Shown one piece after another: positions 19,233-26,374 of a DNA stretch of 64,000 bases. The position numbers were made by a program, and so were the translations under genes. Source of the stretch: Gammaproteobacteria bacterium (GTDB lineage: Bacteria; Pseudomonadota; Gammaproteobacteria; Steroidobacterales; JABDKV01); NCBI GenBank assembly GCA_013003425.1, contig JABDJB010000017.1, forward strand, positions 2,794-66,793. Reading direction: 5' to 3'. The notes below the pieces were generated by a model. The model made no database searches and was not told where the DNA came from. It worked only from the letters and a program-made list of their open reading frames with translations. Positions within the stretch are counted from its first letter, which is position 1; the number at the start of each line of letters is the position of its first letter.

Positions 19233-20092
19233 GCCACCGTCAGGGCCTCGATCATCCCCCCGGCCTGGGCGCCATAGCCGCCGCCGAACAGGTTGTAGTG
19301 ATTCAGCACGTGATAAAGCCGGTATAGCTCGCGCCGCTGTGCCCCGCCGGGCTGGTCCGGCCGCTGCTGCCGGTACGCCGCGTAGAACTCGCGCGGGAAT
19401 CCTCCGAATAACTCCGTCATGGCGATGTCGCTCTCGGCGTCACCGTAAAATACCGCCGGGTCGAACAGCACCGGCTCATCACCGCAGGCGCCCCAGTTGC
19501 CACCCCACAGGTCGCCGTGCAGCAGCGCAGGCCGAATGGTCGCGCCGTCAAAAAAACGCTCCAGCTGCGCGCTCAGGCGGGCGCCGGATTGTGCCAGCCG
19601 CGTTGCCCCGCGCCGTGCCGCCAGCTGCAGCTGAAAATCCAGCCGGTGGCGGCGGAAAAATTCGACCCAGTCGGTGCATCGCGTATTGATCTGCGGGGTG
19701 CTGCCGATGGTGTTGTCGCGATGCCAGCCGAAGTAGTCGCGTTGCAGGTTGTGCAGTTGCGCCAGCGCACCGCCCAGGCGGGTCGCAGCAGCGTTATTGC
19801 CGCCGCTCAGCTCGACAAATTCCAGCGCGAGAAATGCGCGATCCTGATCACGGCCGCTGCATTCCACCCGCGGCACCCGCACCGCATTGGCCTCGTGCAG
19901 CTCCGCCATGCCCTCGGCCTCGGCAAGAAACATGTCGTAGCGATCGGCAGTGTTGAACTTGACGAACCACCACCCGGCGCTGGTATCGATGCGCCATGCT
20001 TCGTTTATGCTGCCGCCCGCCACGCGGCGTGCGCTGCCGGGGTGGACCTCAATGCCACGCTGGCCCGCCGCGTGCCGCACACCGGCCCACAT
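19229..20092 (-). CDS. fructosamine/ketosamine-3-kinase family phosphotransferase
   Basis: GGSINEAWRI..., FLALEFVE, LLHGDLWGGNW and YYNLYHVLNH-like (YRLYHVLNHYNLFG) motifs of the fructosamine kinase family. Confidence 0.85.
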   Translation of the reverse strand: MWAGVRHAAGQRGIEVHPGSARRVAGGSINEAWRIDTSAGWWFVKFNTADRYDMFLAEAEGMAELHEANAVRVPRVECSGRDQDRAFLALEFVELSGGNNAAATRLGGALAQLHNLQRDYFGWHRDNTIGSTPQINTRCTDWVEFFRRHRLDFQLQLAARRGATRLAQSGARLSAQLERFFDGATIRPALLHGDLWGGNWGACGDEPVLFDPAVFYGDAESDIAMTELFGGFPREFYAAYRQQRPDQPGGAQRRELYRLYHVLNHYNLFGGGYGAQAGGMIEALTVA

Positions 20093-20093
20093 T

Positions 20094-20993
20094 TCAGCCG
20101 TTCACCAACCGCTTTGCCTGCAGTCGCAGCGCGTCGCCTATATCCAGTTCGTCGTAAAGAGACTCGAGCATCGCCAGATCCGGCTTGCTCCAGCGCATGC
20201 TGCGCATCGTATTCTCGACCGGTGCGTCGCGCGCTACGCCGGTAAGCTGGCGCGACAAACGCGCCTTTTCCTCGTGTTGCGCCAGCCGTGCGCCGAGTTT
20301 TTTCGCGCCGCGCACCGGCACTTTCGCCACCTCGTCGAGGTTTTCATAAACCGAATCGAGCGTATCGAAGTATTGCAGCAGTGCAATTGCCGTCTTCGGC
20401 CCCACTCCGGGCACACCCGGGATATTGTCGACACTGTCGCCGGCAAGCGCTAGAAAATCAGGAATCTGCTCGGCCCGCACCCCGATCTTGTCGACGATAT
20501 CGTCGTATCCATAGCGGCGGTTTGCGGCGTAATCCCAGTATTCGTCGCCGCTGCGAATCAGCTGGGCCAGGTCCTTGTCGCGGGTAACCACAACAAAGTT
20601 TTTTGCGCGCTCTCGCAGGCTGTACGCCAGGGTGCCAATGATGTCATCGGCCTCAAAGCGCTCATCTGCATAGCTGGTAACACCCATCGCTGCCGTGACC
20701 CGCTTGCACTGGCGAAACTGCCACATCAGGTCTTCCGGCGGGTCCTCCCGGTTAGCCTTGTACTCCGGGTAAATATCGTTGCGAAAGGACGTGTTGATGC
20801 TTTCGTCGAACGCGACGACGATATGCGTCGGCTGTGCCCGTTCCAGCAGGTCACCCAGGAACCGCGCGTAGCCATACACCGCATTGATCAGGTTTCCGGC
20901 GCCATCAACCATGTCGGCAGGGATCGAGTAGTACGCCCGGAACACATAAACGCTGGCATCGACTAGATAGATCACGGTGGCAGGATGCGGCAT
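20094..20993 (-). CDS. stand-alone 5'-3' exonuclease / flap endonuclease (Pol I N-terminal-domain family)
   Basis: VIYLVDASVYVFRAYYS, FEADDIIGTLA, VVTRDKDLAQL and H3TH DNIPGVPGVGPKTA. Start placed at Met-50 of ORF 20094..21140 (MPHPATV), because the upstream extension overlaps the HNH gene. Confidence 0.85.
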   Translation of the reverse strand: MPHPATVIYLVDASVYVFRAYYSIPADMVDGAGNLINAVYGYARFLGDLLERAQPTHIVVAFDESINTSFRNDIYPEYKANREDPPEDLMWQFRQCKRVTAAMGVTSYADERFEADDIIGTLAYSLRERAKNFVVVTRDKDLAQLIRSGDEYWDYAANRRYGYDDIVDKIGVRAEQIPDFLALAGDSVDNIPGVPGVGPKTAIALLQYFDTLDSVYENLDEVAKVPVRGAKKLGARLAQHEEKARLSRQLTGVARDAPVENTMRSMRWSKPDLAMLESLYDELDIGDALRLQAKRLVNG

Positions 20994-21012
20994 CACTGCC
21001 GCTGCGGCAAGC

Positions 21013-21621
21013 TCAGACCAGCGCGGCGACTTTTTCCAGGATACGGGCGCGCAACGGGCTGCGCCGCGGGATGTGGGCCAGCAGATATTCCATCTGGTCG
21101 GCCAGCACCCGCCGGCCCTTGAGATAGATGTACTCGGCATAGCTGGGGGTAAACGGCACAGCCAGCAGTTTCATGTTGGCCTGCTCCGGTGTACGCCCGG
21201 CCTTGTGGTTGTTGCAGCGGCGGCACGCCGTAACAACATTGGTCCAGGTATCCCGGCCTCCGGCAATCAAGGGTGTCACGTGATCGCGTGACAGCTTTGA
21301 CGACAGGAAATGCTCGCCACAGTACATGCACAGGTAGGCGTCACGCTTGAACAGCGTGTGGTTATTCAGTGGCGGTGTGTAGTTGCTGCGTGCTTTGCCC
21401 AGCACGTGCGTATTGCCCTGGGTGGCAATGATGGAGTTGACGTCGATGGTGCTGCGGCGGCCGGTGTTGGCGTTGACGCCGCCACGCAGGCGATAGAGCA
21501 GCGACCCACAGGAGTAGGCAACCTGCCGCGTGTGATAGAGACGCACGGCATCGCGGTAATCGATCCATTCCAGCGGCATGCCGGATATGTCGAGTCGCAG
21601 AACCTGCTGTCCGAGATCCAT
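21013..21621 (-). CDS. HNH endonuclease family protein
   Basis: CMYCG...SRDHVTPLIAGGRDTWTNVVTACRRCNNHKAGRTPEQA is an HNH/CCHH zinc-nuclease motif; 202 aa. Confidence 0.85.
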   Translation of the reverse strand: MDLGQQVLRLDISGMPLEWIDYRDAVRLYHTRQVAYSCGSLLYRLRGGVNANTGRRSTIDVNSIIATQGNTHVLGKARSNYTPPLNNHTLFKRDAYLCMYCGEHFLSSKLSRDHVTPLIAGGRDTWTNVVTACRRCNNHKAGRTPEQANMKLLAVPFTPSYAEYIYLKGRRVLADQMEYLLAHIPRRSPLRARILEKVAALV

Positions 21622-21736
21622 TAATCGTTCTCTGCGCCGGTCATAGGACCGACGACAGGCTTATGTTCCTGAAATCTCGTCAGAAAATCAAACAGGCACC
21701 GCGTCCGGCCGGTAGTTATGTCGCACCCTCAGGCTA

Positions 21737-22333
21737 TTACCGCTCCGGGAGGTCTGGCGGTGGCCGGCGGTCGCCGCGGTCCATTTGCCGACGGCGCTCA
21801 AGTTGCCTTTGTCGCTCGATCTGGCGGCGACGATCCAGCTGCCGGCGCCGTTCCAGCTGCCGGCGCCGTTCCAGTTCACGGCGTTGCTGTAGCTCGCGCA
21901 TGAACTTGCGCCGCTCTTCGGGCGACATGCCCTGGTACTGGTCGCGCAGCCGGCGGCGCTGTTCGGGATTCATTGCCTTGAATTTGCGGAAATTCTGTTT
22001 CAGTTTTTCCTGCTGCTCCGGAGTGAGATCACGAAATTCCCGGAACCGGTCACGAATCCTCTTGCGCTGCTCGGGTGTCAGTCTGCGCCATTTGTTGAAC
22101 CGCTTGCGTGCCTGGCGTTTTTCATCCGCTGTCATCCCGGACCAGCGACGTGCTCCGGCCAGCAGGCGGTCGCGCTGCTCGTCGGCCATGTCATCCCAGG
22201 TATCTGCATGCCGCTTCAGCACCTGCTGCTCCGGGTGCTCCAGGTCGTCCCAGTCGGGCGCGGCATGAACTGCCGCTGCCAGCAGCAGTGCTGACACCAG
22301 ACAAACTGTCGCCAGCATGCGCCTAATCTTCAT
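21737..22333 (-). CDS. DUF3106 domain periplasmic protein (repeated W/F..L(T/S)PEQR helices, Arg-rich tail)
   Basis: Signal peptide MKIRRMLATVCLVSALLLAAAVHA. Repeats RWSGMTADEKRQARKRF / WRRLTPEQRKRIRDRF / FRDLTPEQQEKLKQNF / FKAMNPEQRRRLRDQY / GMSPEERRKF. C-terminal (E/D)RRRQL heptads. Start chosen at internal Met 22333. Confidence 0.7.
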   Translation of the reverse strand: MKIRRMLATVCLVSALLLAAAVHAAPDWDDLEHPEQQVLKRHADTWDDMADEQRDRLLAGARRWSGMTADEKRQARKRFNKWRRLTPEQRKRIRDRFREFRDLTPEQQEKLKQNFRKFKAMNPEQRRRLRDQYQGMSPEERRKFMRELQQRRELERRRQLERRRQLDRRRQIERQRQLERRRQMDRGDRRPPPDLPER

Positions 22334-22547
22334 TGCCATCGTCTCGTTGCTCGTCTTCATCTGTTTCACACGCGTCGTCGCCCGGCAGACCCCCTTCCGG
22401 ATCACAGGCCTCGCTCCATGCCTCATCCCAGGCGCCGAGGAACTCCAGGAACTCGTCATCCGGCAAGTCCTCGTCTGCCACCAGCCCGGCCGGCAACAGC
22501 ACGACGCAGGCGACAATCGCTATTGCGGCGAGGCTGTTAGCCCGCAT
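22323..22547 (-). CDS. small membrane-anchored/secreted acidic protein (hypothetical)
   Basis: Internal Met of ORF 22323..22838: MRANSLAAIAIVACVVLLPAGLVA followed by a 50-aa D/E-rich tail with 2 Cys. Fits exactly between the DUF3619 and DUF3106 genes, with overlaps at both ends. Confidence 0.45.
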   Translation of the reverse strand: MRANSLAAIAIVACVVLLPAGLVADEDLPDDEFLEFLGAWDEAWSEACDPEGGLPGDDACETDEDEQRDDGNED

Positions 22548-22881
22548 CACCAGCGGCATCCAGCCATTGGTAAAACTCCAGCTCTTCGTACAGCTCGAAA
22601 CTCTCCTCCGCCAGCAGGATTTCCATGTCCAGCTCGCTGTCATCCGCTGCCGCGACCGGCAATGCGCCATCGCCCGGCAGCTGCTGCAGCAGCAACACGG
22701 CTGCCAGCAGCGCCGCCGCTGCGCCTGTGGCCGGCAACCAGTAACTCCGCCCGCCGCCATGCTCCGCCGCATCCAGTACGGCACGGCGCCGGCGCGCCAG
22801 CTCGTTACGTGTCTGCTGATCGACCTGTGTTGTGCCACGCTTCAGTTTCTTGCTGAGGTCTTGTTCAAACCTGTCTGTCAC
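22537..22881 (-). CDS. DUF3619-like single-pass membrane protein (probable anti-sigma partner)
   Basis: GTG start overlapping the sigma-factor stop (GTGA). N-terminal cytoplasmic region, one TM (AAAALLAAVLLLQQL) and an acidic periplasmic tail. It occupies the position DUF3619 holds in sigma-DUF3619-DUF3106 clusters (recalled). Confidence 0.55.
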   Translation of the reverse strand: MTDRFEQDLSKKLKRGTTQVDQQTRNELARRRRAVLDAAEHGGGRSYWLPATGAAAALLAAVLLLQQLPGDGALPVAAADDSELDMEILLAEESFELYEELEFYQWLDAAGDAG

Positions 22882-23417
22882 GGCCAGTGTTCTCCGAGTT
22901 GTTCGCGCAATGCATGCACTGCGCGTGAATAATGCGTCTTGACGCTGCCCTGCGAACAGCCCATCGCGGCCGCCGTAGCAGCGACACTCAGCCCTTCGAC
23001 CATACGCAACAGCAGTGCTTCGGCCTGTCGCGGCGCCAGCGTCATTATTGCAGCATCCAGAGCGTCCATGGCCCGATCCAGCGCCACCTCTTCTTCAGGG
23101 CGACGTGATGCCGGATCGGCCAACGCCGCCATCGGTTCTTCGCGCGAATCATCGTCGTTCTGCTGCAGCCACGACAGGAAGCGGTTGCGCACGGTGCTGC
23201 GACGCTGCACGTCACGCACCCTGTTTGTAAGAACACGGTAAAACAGCGGCTGCCATTGCTCGGCAGGCTTGTCAGCGTAACGACGTACCAGCTGCATCAT
23301 CGCATCCTGCACCACGTCGAGCGCATCATCGCGATTACCGAGTCGGTACAAGGCAATGCGGTAGGCACGGGTCTCGACTCCCGCAAGAAATCGCTCCAGT
23401 TCGGCTCGGTTGTCCAG
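22878..23417 (-). CDS. ECF (sigma-70 group IV) RNA polymerase sigma factor; apparent CTG start
   Basis: Region 2 DALDVVQDAMMQLVRRY...FYRVLTNRVRDVQRR and region 4 EALLLRMVEGLSVAATAAAMGCSQGSVKTHYSRAVHALR. The family-conserved N-terminus DNRAELERFLAGVETRAYRIA lies upstream of the track's TTG start. See the separate finding on the start codon. Confidence 0.85.
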   Translation of the reverse strand: MDNRAELERFLAGVETRAYRIALYRLGNRDDALDVVQDAMMQLVRRYADKPAEQWQPLFYRVLTNRVRDVQRRSTVRNRFLSWLQQNDDDSREEPMAALADPASRRPEEEVALDRAMDALDAAIMTLAPRQAEALLLRMVEGLSVAATAAAMGCSQGSVKTHYSRAVHALREQLGEHWP

Positions 23418-23471
23418 TCACGCCTCCCTTGCGCGGCCCTGTTCCCCGCAGGCCGCATCATTCTAGCCCGC

Positions 23472-23837
23472 TCACTGCTGCCGGCGGCTGTGGCGATCGA
23501 GCCGCTGGTTAATGCGGTCCCCGCGCCGGTCCAGGCGACGCTCGGCGCGATGCCCGCGCCGGTCCAGTTGCCGGTCGATGCGGTCGCCGCGACGGTCCAG
23601 CTGCTTGGCCAGGTGCGGACGATCGTTGCGCTCGGCGCGATTGGCGGCCCGGTCCAGTCGCCGGTCGATACGATCGCCACGGCGGTCCGCGTGATGCTCG
23701 ATACGATCACCACGCCGGTCGAGCTTGCGGTCAATCCTGTCGCCAAGCCGGTCCAGGTCGGGACCCTCATGTGCTGCAGCGGTACCGACGGCCAGAAGCG
23801 CGACCGCAGCGGCGGCTAAAATCCAGTTGCTTTTCAT
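23472..23837 (-). CDS. secreted 11-residue-repeat Arg/Asp-rich protein (LDRRGDRIDRx)n, hypothetical
   Basis: SD GGGAG 7 nt before ATG 23837 and signal peptide MKSNWILAAAAVALLAVGTAAA. About 8 tandem 11-aa units follow (LDRLGDRIDRK, LDRRGDRIEHH, ADRRGDRIDRR, ...), encoded by 33-bp DNA periodicity. First gene of the ECF operon. Confidence 0.65.
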   Translation of the reverse strand: MKSNWILAAAAVALLAVGTAAAHEGPDLDRLGDRIDRKLDRRGDRIEHHADRRGDRIDRRLDRAANRAERNDRPHLAKQLDRRGDRIDRQLDRRGHRAERRLDRRGDRINQRLDRHSRRQQ

Positions 23838-23870
23838 TGCTAAACTCCCGTTTTCAAACGTCGTGTGGGT

Positions 23871-23898
23871 ATAACGCACGGGCAGCAAATGCGTTGAC
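23871..23898 (-). promoter_or_regulatory. candidate ECF-type promoter (GTCAAC-N16-CGTTAT) upstream of the repeat-protein/ECF operon
   Basis: On the minus strand, ..GTGTCAAC gcatttgctgcccgtg CGTTAT.. has the AAC (-35) and CGT (-10) elements typical of ECF promoters at 16-nt spacing, about 35 nt upstream of the ATG. Confidence 0.3.
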
Positions 23899-24076
23899 AC
23901 GCGCGCTTTATGCACAACGCCAGCGTTTACATGGCATTACGCTGATTGCCTCAGTCGTTATGTCTGGTAATGATCTCTAACTATCTGATTCTTAATCACA
24001 AGCCGGGCAGATCAAAAATTGAGCAAGTCGTACAAAGTACCCCGTGAGCACCGCTCGCAGGGCCCTTTGCCCCAGA

Positions 24077-24111
24077 TAATCCACAGCGCTATCCACAGCT
24101 ATTGTGGAAAA
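24077..24111. promoter_or_regulatory. cluster of three DnaA-box-like 9-mers upstream of priA
   Basis: TAATCCACA (24077-24085), CTATCCACA (24089-24097) and inverted TGTGGAAAA (24103-24111, = TTTTCCACA). Each is within one mismatch of TTATCCACA, with 3- and 5-nt spacers. Confidence 0.35.
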
Positions 24112-24122
24112 GTCGGCGGCAC

Positions 24123-26318
24123 ATGACGCGACCAAACCACATTGTGCGGGTGGCATTAAAGACGCCTGTCGATCACTTGTTCGATTACACGGCACCAGCA
24201 AGCGGGCCAACGGCAGCGGGCACCCGCGTACGCGTGCCGTTTGGCCGTGGCAACAGCATCGGTGTCGTCGTCGAGACTGACGCCCACAGCAGCGTCGCGC
24301 CTGAAAAGCTGCGGCCAGTCACTGCGGTGCTGGACGAAAAACCCCTTCTTGATGAGACGCTGATCAGCCTGCTGCGCTGGGCGGCGGACTACTACCAGCA
24401 CCCGCCGGGCGAAGTATTCGCTGCCGCTCTGCCCGCCCTGTTGCGACAGGGCCGCGCCCTGGACGAAACCACCGATGCATGGCGCTGCAGCGAGGCCGGC
24501 CCGGATATCGACCACGATGCCCTGCAACGCCGCGCGCCGCGGCAGGCTGCCGCGCTGACCCTGCTGGGAGCAATCGACAGGCCGGTAACTGCCGCAACGC
24601 TCGACGCTGAGCTCGGTCGCGGCTGGCGACCGATTGTCAGGAACCTGGAAAAAAAAGGCTGGGTGCGGCGCGTCGAGGTACCAATTGCCAATACGCTGGC
24701 TGCCATCCCGGCCAGCGAAACGGGGCGGAAGCTCACCCGGCACCAGCAGACCGCCGTCAACGAGATCCGCGCTGCCAATGGTTTTGCAGCGTTTCTGTTG
24801 TACGGCGTAACCGGCAGTGGCAAGACTGAAGTCTATTTGCAGTTAATCGATGAACTGGTTGGCGCCGGCGGCCAGGCTCTGGTGCTGGTGCCGGAGATCG
24901 GCCTGACGCCACAGCTGGTCGAGCGCTTCCGCCGACGGCTCGGCGGCACGATTGCGGTAATGCATTCGGGGCTTAACGAGTCCGAGCGGCTGGCGGCGTG
25001 GCGTGCGGCCGCCGACGGCAGTGCCGATGTCGTGGTAGGCACACGCTCGGCAGTATTCGTGCCGCTGGCCAGGCCAAAGCTGATCGTGGTCGATGAAGAA
25101 CACGATACGTCTTACAAGCAACAGGAGGGGTTTCGTTATTCGGCCCGTGACCTGGCCGTGTTGCGCGCGCAGCGCCATGGCATCCGGGTTGTGCTCGGCT
25201 CGGCAACGCCGTCACTGGAAAGTCTGCACAACGTCAGCCAGGACCGCTATCGCCAGCTTGAGCTTCCAGCGCGACCCGGCGCCGTGGCCATGCCAAAGAT
25301 GCGGCTGATCGACATGCGACGCGAACCGGTCGACGCCGGCTTTTCGGCATCGCTGGTCGCCGCAATGCGCGAACACCTGGCCGCGGGAGACCAGGTGCTG
25401 CTGTTCCTCAACAGGCGTGGTTTTGCACCCGCCTGGTTTTGCCCTGAATGCGGCTGGATATCGGATTGCCGGCGTTGCGATGCGCGCATGACCCTGCACC
25501 GCGCCATCAACCGGCTGCGTTGCCATCACTGTGGCAGCGAAAGAGCGCCCGAAAAAACGTGCCCCGAATGCGACAGCGAACCCCAGCCGGTCGGGCTCGG
25601 CACGCAGCGCGTGGAGGAGACAATGGCGCGCCTGTTTCCCGAACACGCTATTGCGCGCATCGATCGTGACAGCACACGACGCCGTGGCACGCTCGAGCAG
25701 ATGCTCGGCGAAATCCATGCCGGCCAGCGACAGATACTCATCGGCACACAGATGCTCACAAAGGGGCATCATTTTCCCGGCGTGACGCTGGTCGGCATTG
25801 TCGACGCTGACCAGGGGCTGTTTGGCACGGACCCACGCAGCAACGAGCGGCTGGCGCAGCTTGTAATCCAGGTTGCCGGTCGTGCCGGGCGCGCGGAAAA
25901 ACCAGGCGAGGTCCTGGTCCAGACGCAATACCCGGAACACCCGCTGCTGAACATGCTGGCTACGGAGGGTTACACGTGTTTCGCCGCTGCCGCCCTGGCT
26001 GAACGCGAAGCCACCGGCTGGCCACCGTATGCAGCGCTGGCATTGCTGCGCGCCGACGCCAGTGATGAGCAGCTTCCGCTTCGCTTCCTGGCAGCCGCCC
26101 GTGAGCTGGCTAACCCGCCTGCAGGTGTGCGCCTGCTCGGCCCTGCTGCCGCACCGATGCCCCGTCGCGCGGGGCGTTACCGGTCGCAACTGCTGATCCA
26201 GGGCGCGCGCAAGCCGCTGCACATTTTTTTGCAGGGTTGGAAAACAAAGCTCACCGGGCTTCCTGATGCGCGCCGGATCCGCTGGTCGCTGGATATTGAC
26301 CCGGTTGAGCTGTTCTAA
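24123..26318 (+). CDS. priA: primosomal replication-restart helicase PriA
   Basis: LLYGVTGSGKTEVY (Walker A), VVDEEHD (DEXH), Cys-rich zinc motif CPECGWISDCRRCDARMTLH...LRCHHCG...CPECDS, and LIGTQMLTKGHHFPGVTLVGIV. Confidence 0.95.
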   Translation: MTRPNHIVRVALKTPVDHLFDYTAPASGPTAAGTRVRVPFGRGNSIGVVVETDAHSSVAPEKLRPVTAVLDEKPLLDETLISLLRWAADYYQHPPGEVFAAALPALLRQGRALDETTDAWRCSEAGPDIDHDALQRRAPRQAAALTLLGAIDRPVTAATLDAELGRGWRPIVRNLEKKGWVRRVEVPIANTLAAIPASETGRKLTRHQQTAVNEIRAANGFAAFLLYGVTGSGKTEVYLQLIDELVGAGGQALVLVPEIGLTPQLVERFRRRLGGTIAVMHSGLNESERLAAWRAAADGSADVVVGTRSAVFVPLARPKLIVVDEEHDTSYKQQEGFRYSARDLAVLRAQRHGIRVVLGSATPSLESLHNVSQDRYRQLELPARPGAVAMPKMRLIDMRREPVDAGFSASLVAAMREHLAAGDQVLLFLNRRGFAPAWFCPECGWISDCRRCDARMTLHRAINRLRCHHCGSERAPEKTCPECDSEPQPVGLGTQRVEETMARLFPEHAIARIDRDSTRRRGTLEQMLGEIHAGQRQILIGTQMLTKGHHFPGVTLVGIVDADQGLFGTDPRSNERLAQLVIQVAGRAGRAEKPGEVLVQTQYPEHPLLNMLATEGYTCFAAAALAEREATGWPPYAALALLRADASDEQLPLRFLAAARELANPPAGVRLLGPAAAPMPRRAGRYRSQLLIQGARKPLHIFLQGWKTKLTGLPDARRIRWSLDIDPVELF

Positions 26319-26374
26319 AACGTAACCTTTCGACCCCGCTGCATATGCACGCTTGGTGATAGACTTCCGTCGCC

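Noticed and set aside
21663-22268. 201-aa Arg/Ser-rich + strand ORF, and the 187-aa ORF 23256..23819 (+)
   Set aside because: They are antisense shadows of the DUF3106 gene and of the sigma / 11-mer-repeat genes. Their repetitiveness mirrors the sense-strand repeats.
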